A stretch of 64,000 bases of DNA from Adineta vaga (lineage: Eukaryota > Animalia > Rotifera). A model generated the notes under the pieces. The model saw only the letters and a program-made list of their open reading frames with translations, searched no databases and was not told the origin of the DNA. Numbering within the stretch: position 1 is the first letter of the stretch; every line of letters begins with the position of its first letter. Made by a program: the position numbers and the translations under genes. This document shows, piece after piece, positions 28,238 through 41,802 of the stretch. The stretch lies in the NCBI GenBank assembly GCA_021613535.1, contig CP075493.1, positions 11,408,001-11,472,000 on the forward strand, in the 5' to 3' direction.

Positions 28238-28714
28238 CTTTGTTTTTGTTTCATAGTATTTAGTAAATCCAAATCTCATCTTATCCTTAGAGATATTATT
28301 AATAAAATACGCAAACCTAAGGTACAAACTCTTCGTTCAAAAAAGTCGAATTCATTATTGTAAATAAAAGGTTTATCGTTTGTTCATTTTCTTATTCGAT
28401 GAAGTTATATACATCATTACTCGTATGACATCACTATAGTTAATTATATATTTTGATATAATCACTAAATATATTTTTCATTATCTTCTGCTAAAGGATT
28501 GGAATCTTTCTCCATCTGTAGGAATGATAAGAGAGAAAAGAATACTCTTTGATAAAAAACGCATTGGTATGTACAGAACGCAAAAGAAAAATATAATACC
28601 ATGTGATGATGTTATGCGTCGTCATTTCTTTTTTTTTGTGTTGCATGCTGACAGAGCATTTTTGTTTCTTCAACATATATTGTTCTGACGATTGTCAGTG
28701 ATTACGATACAAAA

Positions 28715-30565
28715 ATGGAAACCAATGAACTCGTACGAGCACCATTCAATCAAATTCTTGGTACAGCGTTTGCAAATGTTCCAGCCTATTCGAATACCGA
28801 CGATGGAGTGTTCCATATCGAACGTCATTATATGCATGGAATCTTTCTCGGTGTTAAATGGCAATGTGTCGAATATGCACGTCGGTGGTTATTATTGAAA
28901 AAAAGTTGTGTCTTTAAAAGTGTTCGTTTTGCTGCAGATATTTGGACGCAATTAACGTATGTTGAACGTATTACAGATGGAAAACAATTTCCTTTAAAAC
29001 CATATCCAAATGGTTCGCCAACAAAACCTAAAATTGACTCGTTTCTCATATATTCGATTAGTGAAGAACAACCTGTCGGTCATATTGCTGTTATTTGTGA
29101 TGTTGGACCGAATTATATTCGTATTGCTGAACAAAACAATAAATTTCATTATTGGAATGGTGAATATGCTCGTGAAATTCTCATGATAGAAAAAGATGGT
29201 CTATATTATCTTGAAGATGAAGATCCTATGCATGGTTGGATGGAAATTGAAGATGATAAAAATGAATTAAAACCTTTGGATGAATCAGTGATAAATATGA
29301 TTCATCCACAATACAAACAACGTCTTCCTATCGGTAAATTTGAACGACGTGTTAGTCCCGAAAAAACGACTGATATAAAAGATTCATGGTTAGATGAAAA
29401 TAATTCAGCAGAAAAGTTTTATATTGAACATTTTCGTAAACATTTCGAACAAATAAATCATTCTTCAAATCATTTACTCTATTACAAAATTAATGTCGAT
29501 TTTCTTCTGACGATTGCTGAAACATCCAATGAATTACATCGAATGTTTCTCGAAGCCACTAATCGTGTTATTCAAGACGATGATTTACTAACACGTTTTG
29601 GAATTCCGAAAATATTTTGGAATCGTATTCGTCATTCGTGGAATCATGAACAAAATCAATGTATGACCGGTCGATTTGATTTGGGATTTGATGGACATCA
29701 AGTTAAAGTATATGAATACAATGCCGATACTGCAACAACACTTTTCGAAGGTGCTATTCTTCAGAAAAAATGGGCAGAATCGGTTAAATTACCATCGAAT
29801 TTTACATCAAGTCGACGGCTGCATCAGATCTTAGTTAATAATTGGAAACATATGGAAATTACCAATCGAGTACATCTATTGATCGATGATAGTAAAGATG
29901 AAATGCTCACTGCTCTCTATATGCAAAATGTATTAAAAGAAGCTAATATCGAATCGAAACTTTATGTTGGTACGAACCAATTCTATTGGAAAGATGAAAC
30001 TATTATTGATGATGATGGTGAAACAGTTGAATTTGTTTGGAAATTATGGATGTGGGATAGTGTTTTACATAATGAATATTCTACCGAACATTCTAATGGT
30101 CAACATCCACAAATAGGTGATATTTTATTACATAAACAAATCAAAATCATCGAACCATTATGGAAAGTTATAACAAATAATAAAGCACTTCTAGCAGTTC
30201 TATGGCAGACGTATCCAAATCATCCAAATCTACTTCGTACTGAATGGAAACTAACCGATGAATTGAAGCAGTTATCATTTGTGAAAAAACCAATTGTTGG
30301 TCGTTGTAGTCATAATATTACAATATATGATGCGAAGAATGATGAATCAATTATTGCTGAAACAAAAGGTAATTTTTCATCGTACGATAATATTTATCAA
30401 GAATTTTTTCTCGCGACTAATTATAATGGACATCATCCTGTCATAAGCAGTTGGGTAATTCGAGAAAAATTTGGTGGATTTGTTGTACGAGAAGATGAAA
30501 ATTTAATTACTAATAATCATAGTTCAGTTGTACCGTGTTGTATTGTTTGGGAAGAAGAAAAATAA
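28715..30565 (+). CDS. gss: Bifunctional glutathionylspermidine amidase (CHAP)/synthetase (trypanothione-synthetase-like), intronless
   Basis: APFNQILG N-terminus; GVKWQCVEYARR (catalytic Cys); GHIAVI (His); IAEQN; synthetase motifs GRFD, VYEYNADT, VWKLWMW, EPLWKVITNNKALL, HPNLL, KKPIVGRC, GFVVRED. 616 aa with the layout of the E. coli Gsp enzyme. Confidence 0.92.
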   Translation: METNELVRAPFNQILGTAFANVPAYSNTDDGVFHIERHYMHGIFLGVKWQCVEYARRWLLLKKSCVFKSVRFAADIWTQLTYVERITDGKQFPLKPYPNGSPTKPKIDSFLIYSISEEQPVGHIAVICDVGPNYIRIAEQNNKFHYWNGEYAREILMIEKDGLYYLEDEDPMHGWMEIEDDKNELKPLDESVINMIHPQYKQRLPIGKFERRVSPEKTTDIKDSWLDENNSAEKFYIEHFRKHFEQINHSSNHLLYYKINVDFLLTIAETSNELHRMFLEATNRVIQDDDLLTRFGIPKIFWNRIRHSWNHEQNQCMTGRFDLGFDGHQVKVYEYNADTATTLFEGAILQKKWAESVKLPSNFTSSRRLHQILVNNWKHMEITNRVHLLIDDSKDEMLTALYMQNVLKEANIESKLYVGTNQFYWKDETIIDDDGETVEFVWKLWMWDSVLHNEYSTEHSNGQHPQIGDILLHKQIKIIEPLWKVITNNKALLAVLWQTYPNHPNLLRTEWKLTDELKQLSFVKKPIVGRCSHNITIYDAKNDESIIAETKGNFSSYDNIYQEFFLATNYNGHHPVISSWVIREKFGGFVVREDENLITNNHSSVVPCCIVWEEEK

Positions 30566-31495
30566 AACTATAGTATAATCCTCTTTTGCATATCATTCTA
30601 ACCTCAGATATTTTTCCTACTCTTCAGTATCGAGTTGATACGCTTGATTGCATGCTAATGATTTCATATACATACATATTACTAGCAACGAAAATAATCG
30701 ACATGCATAGCTTTGTATTAGACACAATAAAAAGCTCCAGAAGGTGAATTAGGAAGTTATATCCTATGTTTCCGGAACTGATTCCTAGATTGAAATTGGT
30801 TCCGTGATATATGGTCAGCGTCACCGATTACAAAATATTTTCTATTTATGTCATTCAAATCATTTCTTTCAAGTATAGTCTTTCTTATATAAAGTCATGA
30901 ACAGATGTCAGCTAATAATTCTTCTTAGTTCTTTCTGTGTGTCTAACAAGCATCAGTATATAATCAGAATAGTCAAATAACAAATCGCTCACTTGTTCGT
31001 TGGTCGTATCCAGGTGTGTTTTATTAATATGTCAAGTGATGTTGAATTTCATCTGTTCTTTGGTCGATGATTATTATACAGATTTGATTGAACAGAACTG
31101 GTTTTAACATATATACATGCAAAATGTCGAGTACCAAAATGCAATAGAATCGTCCGCACTAACGAAATTCAAAATGAGTTTTCAATGAACATTATGATGA
31201 TGCATCTTTTCATCATTCGATAAATAAGACAAAAAATTCTTTTTATTGAAGAAATGAATAGTGAAGCATTGACAAATATGAGAATATAGCAACCGACTAC
31301 TTCAATAAATACATTGCTTCTCGTCTATAATTCTTTTTTTTTTAAATCGCTGACTATTTCCATATTCATGATATATGATAATCTAATAAATGGAATACCA
31401 ACTTTTACACAAGAAACATAATAAATCTGTCAGTTTTGCTTTGATTGAATGAGAAGAAAGAAGTAAAGAAGTAAAAGTGTTCATTTCATTCCAAT

Positions 31496-34400
31496 ATGTT
31501 CTCACTACTTACCTACTTATTTCTATTATTGATGCCGCATCTGCCAATGAACAATGCCCAATTTCATCTATACCAGACGAAATTTGCAGAAACTGATGGG
31601 GATTATGATTGCTTGGATCACTATGCGGCACATATGTTTTCGAGTATTCTGTATGGGAATATAAATCGACAAGAACATTATATAATTCCATATTGTCGGC
31701 GAGATCAATTACACGATGAATTTACGGCAGAACAAGATCAAATTCAGTCATTTACATTTGAAACTTTAAAGGAACGAAATGTCAGTAGTGATCAACTCTA
31801 TCAATGGTCAGCACCACTCGATCTAGTTGAAGAATATGAAGCTTTTGTTCTAAATAATGAAACAAGAAGCAGTTTGATTCGCTTTTACAATTGTTCTTTG
31901 TCAAGACGTTTTGGTCAATATTGTCAATATTTCTTCAAAGGAAGAGTAAGTAAAATATATTTAGTAAATCAACTATGGCTGTTCAACGAATATTCTGTAA
32001 TAAACCAAAATGATTCCATATTAATACAGAAATTTTACTTTCAATTTATTAATTTTTTTATCGATTAGGAAGAAATAATCAATAGATTTTAAAGTCTTTT
32101 TTTTCCAGGAACTATCAAGCCAACTATTCGATGACATTGTTGCAATGGCTCATCAGAATACTAGGCCTACAAAGGGAACATGTTTCATACATTTGAAATG
32201 TACTCGTACTTTTAATATAACTTGGTGTCTTGATTGGCGAGAAATTTGTGATGGTATCGTTCATTGTTGGCCGGATGCTATTGATGAACAGTATTGTGAT
32301 GAGCTGGAAGCAAATGAATGTGATATCAATGAATATCGATGTCGAAATGGCCAATGTATTCCGAAAGATTTCCTACTTGATAATCATGTAACAGTAGATT
32401 GTCTTGACGGAACAGATGAATCGACTGCACTTGACGTTTCGAGGAATACAATATGCATGAGAAGCAATGGAATTTTTATATGTGAAGACACTACTTGTTC
32501 ACGTACTTCAATAATCTGTTGGCCGGTAGATTGTCGTCGTACACGATCATGTCGAGCAGAAAACAATAAGATCTTTGGTCGTGCAATTCTGTCACGTACG
32601 GCAAATCGTCATATCTCTGAGAAATGTTGGTTGACGATGATTTGTATAGTGCAGATGTCTCATATTGTCTCTCTGGTAAGTTTCTGATTTTATCATCTTT
32701 TCTTTTTCATATTGCATAAGAATTCGTCTTTCCGAAGTATTTGAGTCGTTTTCGCATACAGTTTCGTTTCCTCGAAAATATATAGGTGAAAGCACGGAGC
32801 ACACGATAAAATGTCAATATAATCGTTGTTTTTGATCTAATTTTGAAATATGTAACAAATATTTTGCTTTTTCAAATTGATTATAGAACGATCCACACTA
32901 TACTGATTTTCTCAACAATACGTGCGACGATTTTTGTGGGAAATCTAGAGGTAAATATTGCATACCCAAAATTCGAAAATATTGTCCGCAATCATTTGAA
33001 TTTCCTGCTCAACCAATCAGTCATGGTCATCTTTATCTTGTCTATTCTTGGAATCGGACAGTTTCTGATGAAATAGACTATGTTTTACCTGAATACGTAT
33101 GTTATAGCGCAGAGTTATGTGGAAATTTATCTGGAACAGTTTATCTCCAAAAAGAGAGTGATAATAGTAAACTTTCCTGTCTTCATATCAGTATTTTGAA
33201 TGACACGAGCGCAGTTTCGTGGATAGCAAAGATATCACAGCTAACAGTGCGCTTTTTCGGATGTGCTAAGATAAATAATGAGAGAAAAGATTGCTCTATA
33301 GAGAATATGTTTCGTTGTGGTCAAAAATGTATTTCGAAACATCGTCTTGTCGACTATAGACGAGATTGTATGGATAATAGTGACGAAGCGTTCAATGGTA
33401 GTTGTAGTATTAATAATAATCATCATCGGACCATTTGTACGATTGCAAAGAAAAATATTACACAATGTATCGAAACTCCCTTACATCCGGAATCAACTAT
33501 ATCGCATGGAAAACAAGTTGGAGGTTGTTTAAAACCCAGAGGACTGATTCATTTTCCGACTCTATGTGATGGTTTCGTTGAAAATGAATATCGAACATTC
33601 GATGGAACTATCGAAACTGATGAAAGTAATTGTGATCAGTGGTTATGTGACAATCAATATACACGTTGTGATGGAACATGGAATTGTTTGAATGGAATAG
33701 ATGAAGCAGATTGTGCAAATGCACTTTTTTCACTTTGCAAAGCTGATGAACATCCTTGTTTATCACCATATAAAGCTGAATTGTTTTGTTTGTCTATTAA
33801 TCAAAGTGGAAATGGAATTATAGACTGTTTAGGAGCAACAGATGAACGTCACATATGCCGAAAGCTAGATAGTCAATATCATTGCTGGAATCATACTGAT
33901 GAAAATATACTGTTGAATTCGTAAGTTTATTTCATTTCAATATGTGTTTTCTACAATTTACAATTTTATTTAGAACAATAACAGATCTCAAACAAGAAAA
34001 ATGTATTGATCTCGATGAATTATGTGATGGGAAAATCGATTGTCCAATACATGGTGATGATGAAATGGGCTCATTATGTCAAGAAAATCGCTATAGAGAC
34101 GATTACTGTATGAATTTCGCGAGTGGTCTCGGCCATCTTGGAATCTTAATAGAATCTACTCTATTATGTCAGTTGGAAGAATCAATAAAACTGGCTTCAT
34201 CGAAATTAAGTAATACTTTAGCATATTTTACATTATCAAATTATAGCGTTCGTCCACCTTTGGAAACCAAGACATTTCTTTCAAGAAAGCTTATGCATTC
34301 TACTTTCGTTAAGGAGCATGATTCGAACTTAATAAATGAACGACAGGCAAATATACTACTCGAAGATAACTGTCATGGAGGAGTTCCTATATATATGTTA

Positions 34401-36788
34401 CGCAATGGATCAGTCGAAGCATCCAACAATAATTTGTACATAAGATGCTTATGTCCACCCAGCCTCTATGGTCCTCAATGTCAATATCAAAATCAACGCC
34501 TCAGTGTAATTTTACAAATCGGTGCGCTTAACAGACGTAATCCATTTATTTTCATTATCTTTCTTTTGGATGATGATAGCGAACAAGTTATTCATTCGTA
34601 TCATCGAATATCCTATGTATCAATTCGCGATTGTGCTACAAAATTCATCTTTAATCTTCTTTATAATGCACGCCCTAAGAATATCAATCGAAATTCATTT
34701 ATCCGTATTGATGTTTTTGAAACAATTGGTCTTATATATCGTGCAAGTTGGAAATATCCTATAAAGTTTCCATTTTTACCTGTATACACACTTGCAATCA
34801 AATTGACGATACCTCCCCAACGCATATCATCTTTTATTCGTTGCTCTTTAAAGTGTGGAGTTCATGGTCAATGTGGCATCTATATGAATACAAATGATTT
34901 CTTTTGTCACTGTAAAGCAGGATGGTGGGGCCAATTCTGTACGAATCCATATAAATGTCATTGTTCTTCTGATTCACTTTGTGTAGGTTTTACTTCATTA
35001 AATAATCGATCGATATGTGTGTGTCCACTAGAAAAATTTGGATTACGGTGTTATCTGTCGAACCGAGTTTGCCAGTTAAAAGATGTGAAAAAGTGTAGAA
35101 ATGATGGTCTGTGTATACCTCGTGATCGTCGAATTCTTATCGATCAAGATACAATCTGTTTATGTCCAGAAAGTTATTATGGTGATCGATGTGAGAAAAA
35201 TCAAACAAGACTTGCTATTTCATTTGTTTCATTCTCTTCAATACCTGCGCATATTCATCTTCATTTTATTTCTGTTCCACCTCGTCGAAGTCCACATGAG
35301 CGTGCAACAACTTTCGTTAAGGTTCCACTTGCTGACACATCCGTCAGTATCTATTGGAGTACTCCATTTAATATTATTTTTGCTCAAATTGATGATAATA
35401 TTTACAGACTTCTTGTTCAACCGGATCATGTACTGTTGCCCATTTATTCTTTATCAATCAAATCTTCTCAACGATGTCCATTAGTTCGAGAAGTGTTAGA
35501 CGAAACAACTGCATCTTTTCCACCGATCGTAAAATTCTATCATGTGCCATGTCAAAAACAACCAGAATTGGAATGTTTTCATGATAATGAACTATATATC
35601 TGCCTCTGCACGCATGATCGTCGTGCTAATTGTTTAACTTTTAATTTTCAAATGGAATATAATTGTCAAGGATTTAGCTACTGTGAAAACGGTGGTCTTT
35701 GCTTTCAAAACAATGCTACTTGTCCAGTAACAAGTATATGCGCGTGTCGACAATGTTTTTTTGGTGATCGATGTCAATTTTCTTCGCAAGGATTCGGTCT
35801 ATCACTTGATGCCATTCTCGGCTATCAAGTTCAGCCATATGTTTCTTTCTGTGAGCAATGGTCAATAATTAAAATAGGTACAGGTATTACTACTATCATG
35901 TTAGTTCTCAGTCTTGTTAATGGAATACTTTCGATAATAACGTTTCTTAGCAAGAAAACTCGACAAACCGGTTGTGGTATCTATCTACTTGTTGCCTCGA
36001 TAATATCTGTTCTAACGATGATTATGTTTGCATTGAAATTTGGTTTTCTGGTATCGAATCAGATGCATGGCAATAACAACGGATTTAATTTATATGTTCA
36101 ATGTATTTCAATTGATTATTTGCTTAAAGTATTGTTACTAATGAATGATTGGTTGTATGCTTGTGTCGCAATCGAACGATCACTCACTGCTATTCGCGGA
36201 ATTAGTTTCAATAAACAATTTAATCGAAGAGTAGCCAAATGGATTACTTTGATTCTATTGCTTTCTGTTTGTGGTTCGTATATACACGAACCTTTGTATC
36301 GTGAATTGATGGAAGATGAAACAGAAAAACGAATCTGGTGTATTGTTCGTTATCCACCCGCATTATCCGTCAAACTGACAACTTATACATCAATTATAAG
36401 TATGATTCATTTTCTTGGTCCTTTTTCTATTAACATAATTTCTGCATTGATTATTATTTTTAAAACAACTCAAATGCATTGGAAAGCTCACCAACAAAAT
36501 AGATATTATAAACAACTTCATAGGCAATTTCTCAAACATAAACATTTAATTATCACTCCTTTAGCTATCGTTATTTTGGCACTGCCTCGTCTAATCTTTG
36601 CATTTGTTCTCGAATGTATGAAATCTGCTCGTGATTCTGTATCACTCTTTGTAGTCGGCTATTTCATTTCATTTATACCACCGTTACTTACCTTTACAGT
36701 TTTCATTTTACCATCAAAAACGTACATGAAAGAATTCAAAGTGGCGATTCGATCGATACAAAAGATCAAAATGCGATTATGTCAGTAG
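31496..36788 (+). CDS. LDL-receptor class A repeat / EGF / class A 7TM receptor
   Basis: Signal peptide; LDLa motifs CLDWREICDG..DE, YRCRNGQCIP..DCLDGTDE, RCDGTWNCLNGIDE; several EGF modules (C.C..G..G..C); 7TM with CVAIERS. Introns at about 31946-32108, 32676-32886 and 33922-33972. Confidence 0.85.
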
Positions 36789-36879
36789 ACAGAAAGATAA
36801 CTTTTCCCTCTATACAAATATACGTTTTCTCCTTGTATTGTATTCTTGTATTTAGCAATGATTTTCCACAATAATTCCC

Positions 36880-37181
36880 TCCAGACTACCGGTAATATGT
36901 AGCGCTAATTAAGTCATTTGTAAACATCTTTCATGAGCATCACCTAAACACCACGCTTACTACCACGATCATTCATATTATGTTGTCCATTATAGAATAC
37001 TTTGATGATCATTAAATGGTATATGATAAATACCAGGCGCAAGAGTAACTGAATCCAATTTCCCATTATGATGAGCACACATGCTAGTCGATTGAAGTAA
37101 ACTTGCATCATCAGGAGTAATTATTTTACATTGCACAATTACTTCATAAACACAAACAATAAAAATAATCTTCTGCCACAT
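36880..37181 (-). pseudogene. Truncated secreted-protein gene fragment
   Basis: Signal peptide plus VTLAPGIYHI, which resembles the start of beta-helix/pectin-lyase-like proteins. The frame collapses after about 60 codons. Confidence 0.3.
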
Positions 37182-37648
37182 TGTTTTTCTTCAAGAAATA
37201 TATTAAAAAAGATTTTTCTATTCCTATATAAATGTGTTCTTTAGAATCAATCCTCTTCATTCTATAAAGCAAGAAAATACTACTTACAACTATAGGCTTT
37301 GAAATCGATGTATATTCAAGTGCAGAAACTTATTTAATGTACCAAGATAATGTCAATCAAGTTGCTATTGTCACACCAATTTAAACTTTCGTAATTTTAT
37401 TTCAATCATCGAAAATGCAGAATAATACATCTATATCTGTATAGTTCTAATGAAAAAACAACGATCAAACTTCATACTCATCCTACCGATACATTCACAC
37501 ATATGATTTACTCTACTTTAGTATAATTATCTTTTAGCCTACGAGTTAATCATCTTCTATATTCGTCATCCATTAAAATACCAAAATATTTATTCACACT
37601 TTAAGTTTTCATTTTGGAAAAAATCAAAACAATACGAAAACAAATGGG

Positions 37649-40600
37649 TTATTTGCTACTAGGAGTTTGTTGTATAATTCGTCGCTTTTTTCTGGCTGCT
37701 CGTTGCGCGGTGGCCGTGGACATTGCACAGAATTGGTGAAACTGTATGGCATTTTCTAACATACGTTGCGCAAATTTTTTCAAATGGATGTCTTTTTCAG
37801 CAAGACTTAGATGCGCGAAGCGTCTCACAAAACAGCTCACGTTTTCTTTCTGTTCATTCGTTAGGTCACCTGCACGATTGAGATCTCGGTGTTTGTTGGA
37901 TTTATTCTTGCGACGATTTGGGACTTCTTCTGGTAGAAGTGGTAAACGTGATTTATTTTGCTGCATGTCGATATCAGGAACAGAATACAACTCAGAAAAT
38001 ATCTGAGATATACCGTTGAAATACTCTATTTTTGGAGTACATTTTCCACAAGTGTATTCATCATCAACAGGAAATTGATTCATTAGATCACGCGAGGATG
38101 GACGTTTAATAGATCTTTTAATGATATTAGACTCGAATATATTTTAAAATTTCATTGAAAATGCTTGTGTCGATAAAAGTGATTGATCATTTACACCTAG
38201 TTGGTGCAGCATATACTCAGGCATAGGAAAAATTACATCATTAATATCGCCACTGACTGAAAATGGCGGTAGATTCTGTTTCGTAGTATTGGTTGGTTTT
38301 TTGAGCCAACGCTCAATCCATTCGAATCCTTATTTGAAATTTTAAAAAAAGGTATATTTTGAAAGGAAAATAGAAAAAAATTAGTTACTTCTTCGTATGC
38401 TGTTATCTTCAGCATTGTTATTACTCTGTTGTTTCGTAACGATTTCTTGATTTTGTTCATCTAATGCATGTTCTTTGGAGTCAGTGTCGTTTTTGACGTG
38501 CTGTAGTTGTTCAATTAAAACTGCCATTTCATCGTCTTTTATATGACCGATTTCCATGAGAGTTCGAATTTTTTCATCATACTTCGAACGCCTTCGTTCT
38601 ATTGCTAATATGTCTTCAGTTTTATCGCCATCGATTTCATGACGATCAGATTTTGACTTGATCGATCGTAACTATATGAACAATCGCAGTGTTTGATAGA
38701 CAAAAAAAAGTTTTTTTTTTCTTGAATATTTACTATTTTAAGTAATAAATTATCAATTTGTAGATTGAAATAGTGTTCAGAGCCGAATAATGGTAAAAAC
38801 AATTTATCTCTAAAAAGCTCTCGTTGCCAACCGAACAGTGGATCATTTCGAATTTTTAATAACAATACTGGCTTTCCAGTTTGTAAAGCATATCTTGCTT
38901 CTTGTTCGCATAGATGACTTTCATAATAATATTCACTGATGCAAAGAAGAATGCATTCCGATTTATTCGTCTGAGAAGAACTATCACGTAGTTGCCCATC
39001 AACTATTGGCTCAGCCCATACAGTTAAATTCTCTTCAGTAAATCTTTTAATAAGTTGCTGACATCTTTTTGTATCTTTTTCACAATAGCTCAACATCATA
39101 TTGTAATTATTGACTGGTACAGAACTTGAACGTCCTATTTTCGACATGCGTAAGTATTTTGCTGTTGCTAGATTGGAAAGTACATTATATCTTTGTTCAG
39201 CTTCGACAATTTTGTTTATGAAACCGGTTAGTTTCAGTTCTTTCTCTGTTTGATTGAGATCAGGTAAAACACATTGATCATGACCATATTGATAAAATTT
39301 ATTTATCGTTTGTTGATCCCAGTATTGAAAGATTCCATTTAGATTTGTTACTTTCGATGAGCTTGTAAAACGCTTTAAATAATTGTTTATCTTGTTTTGA
39401 CATCTCAATAAATCTTCATCTATAGATGCGAGAATGGTAGTCTTAATAACTATACGAAATACTAGTATAAATGTGCTCATGATTGTACTGACATTTAATT
39501 TACTCGATGCCACCCACTCCAGGTGTATGTAGCCATTCTTTGCCTCTCGAACGAAAGTAAAGAAATGACGATGTATAGATATTTGTTCTGGAAGCATAAT
39601 GAACGAAATATTCAGTTGTAATTTTTTCAATTGTATTTGCTGGTGTGTTGAAACAATCATTTCTTTTGCGAGAATTTCTTCATCTCCACATAAATTAGAA
39701 ACAGCAAATGCTATTGATCTTGTACTTTGATCTTGTATTGCGTATTCAATAGATTTAGAAACGAATATCTGTACTGACTTTCGTAATTCACTAACACTAT
39801 TGATCAATGATAGTGTTATCCAGTTTGAAAAGAGAATCCGTTTACAACTCAGCTTTCCACCGTTTGTTTCTGTGAACTTTGCTCCTACTGGAGTTGTAGA
39901 AGTGCGTTCATATTGAAAAGAACCTGCGCGTTCGATCACACTCTCTTTCAATCCATTTGTCGTCATCGGAATGACTATCACATCCGCCTAAGCATATGAA
40001 AGTAATACATTTTACTAGAAAGACTAAACTTACTTTTTGCAATGCAATATCTCCCATTCGGATTTCGATCGATGCATTTCCTATAGGAACTTTTCCAGAT
40101 ACATTTGGAGAGAAAAGAAAATTATCGACTGATAAGGCTGATGTACTTGAGGACAATGCTTTTGGTATGGTGTAGTACTGCGATTTCGTTCTTAGTTGAG
40201 TTGAAATTGGACAACAATATTTATGAGCGATTTGTTTTATGTGTTTTTCTGCTATTTCTTCGATGTCTTTAGGTAATGATTTACTGTTAAAAGTTATTGA
40301 CTTCGAGTTCGATAACAATTGGGCAACACATGGTTCAATTTCATCTTTCAAATGTGTCGGTGCCAGAAATTCATTTGATTCTAAGTATAATTCTACACCA
40401 AATTCGTCATATTTTTTTTCTATATCTGTTAATTCCGTGCGATAATTCCTGTAAAGAAATTCCGTCTAGATGAAGATCAAAAATCGATATTTTAATGTCA
40501 GTTTAAAAACAAGTCAATTATTTACTTGATATTTATCCAGTAAAGTCAGTTTAAACATTGTTCCATTGCATTTAGCAGCTACTTTCAACAACTGTTCCTT

Positions 40601-41355
40601 CAATTGATTCACCGTTTTGTAATAACCGAATAGAATGACTTTCCTATCTACTTGCTTTAACTTCGAATAATTGTGATCGAAAGAAGCAGTTATATCTCCC
40701 TTCTCTGTAGCTTCATCAATTAATTCTTCGAACTCATTCCTATTTCGCCTGGAATATTTAGAAGGTATTGGTAATGATATAGTTTCTTGTATAATCTTGT
40801 TTTCAATGATTTTGTTTAGATCTTTCACATGAGGCACATCCGATAGTTGTCGAGAAAGATAATATATTTTCAACGAATATTCAGGATCTTCTTCACATAC
40901 AGTAAATAGATGTTGAACTTTCTCATCAATAATTTTCTGCAGACAGCGTAGATTTTCTTCGTTTGTTGAAGTGTACTGTAACCATTCTCTAACTAGAATA
41001 AAAGATAATCTGTTTGATACGTATTCATCATTAATAACAAACCTTTATCATTGGTGAACGTTTGTGATGGCATTGTTTCAAATAATTTTTCGATAGAATT
41101 GGAAACAGCTTGTTCTATTTCTATTCTATTCTCTGTCGCGTCTAAGACATGAATTCGATAAACATCGGAAACATTTTCTGAACTCCATCGGTTTTTTATT
41201 AATTGCTGAGGAATGATGGCAACTTGTACGGAGAGCAAGTTTTGTATATATTCTTGTGCGCGTAGACAAAATTTTGAATTTTGAAAAAACTTCACCTGAA
41301 TTGAATCGTCAATTTTGTAACCACCATCATTTGAATTTGTAGATTCGGCTTTCAT
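37649..41355 (-). CDS. PARP14/PARP9-like KH-type region + macro domain + TIR (TIR_2) domain protein, multi-exon, with no PARP catalytic domain
   Basis: KH-like segments (KVILFGYYKTVNQLKEQL; LKLTGFINKIVEAE). Macro: SIEIRMGDIALQK|ADVIVI...GGKLSCKRILF...SIAF. TIR about 39110-38735: YNMMLSY...CILLCISEYYYESHLCEQEARYA..KPVLLLK. Downstream exons continue; in-frame TAA at 38144-38146 precedes in-frame ORF 38083-37649. Confidence 0.75.
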
Positions 41356-41802
41356 TCATAAAAATACATTAAAGAAACTACAGATAGAATCGATGTGTCA
41401 TTCTTTAGTAAACAGTCAATGAAAGAATATCAGTTCCGGCCAATTTTTCTTTGAATATAATGAAAAAAGAACGAAAAAAAGTCTTTCTTTCTCTTCTTTC
41501 TACATAGAAAATGCAATATGTAAGTATGATGTGCTGTGTTGATGATACAACCGACATGCTTTTCTTTCTTTTGTTATTAAAGATGTTGCTTTATTTGTCG
41601 ACAAATACAAAAAACGGTTGAATTCTTGTATTCTTGATACTATTAAAATTGTGATAAAGTTCGCTTGTTGACATATTTTATGCGAATACATCATACAGAT
41701 AAAAACGACAGCTTTATCGTTTCCTTTGAGATTTTCTTATAAAGTTATGTTTTATACTAAGAAATAGACTTCCTATAGTTCTAGATTACTAAATTCAGTA
41801 CA

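Noticed and set aside
16514-35484. Numerous 60-130 aa ORFs nested in or antisense to long genes (e.g. 16514, 17283, 21407, 23666, 27633, 28828, 34522, 35101)
   Set aside because: Alternative-frame by-products of real coding exons with no recognisable motifs.
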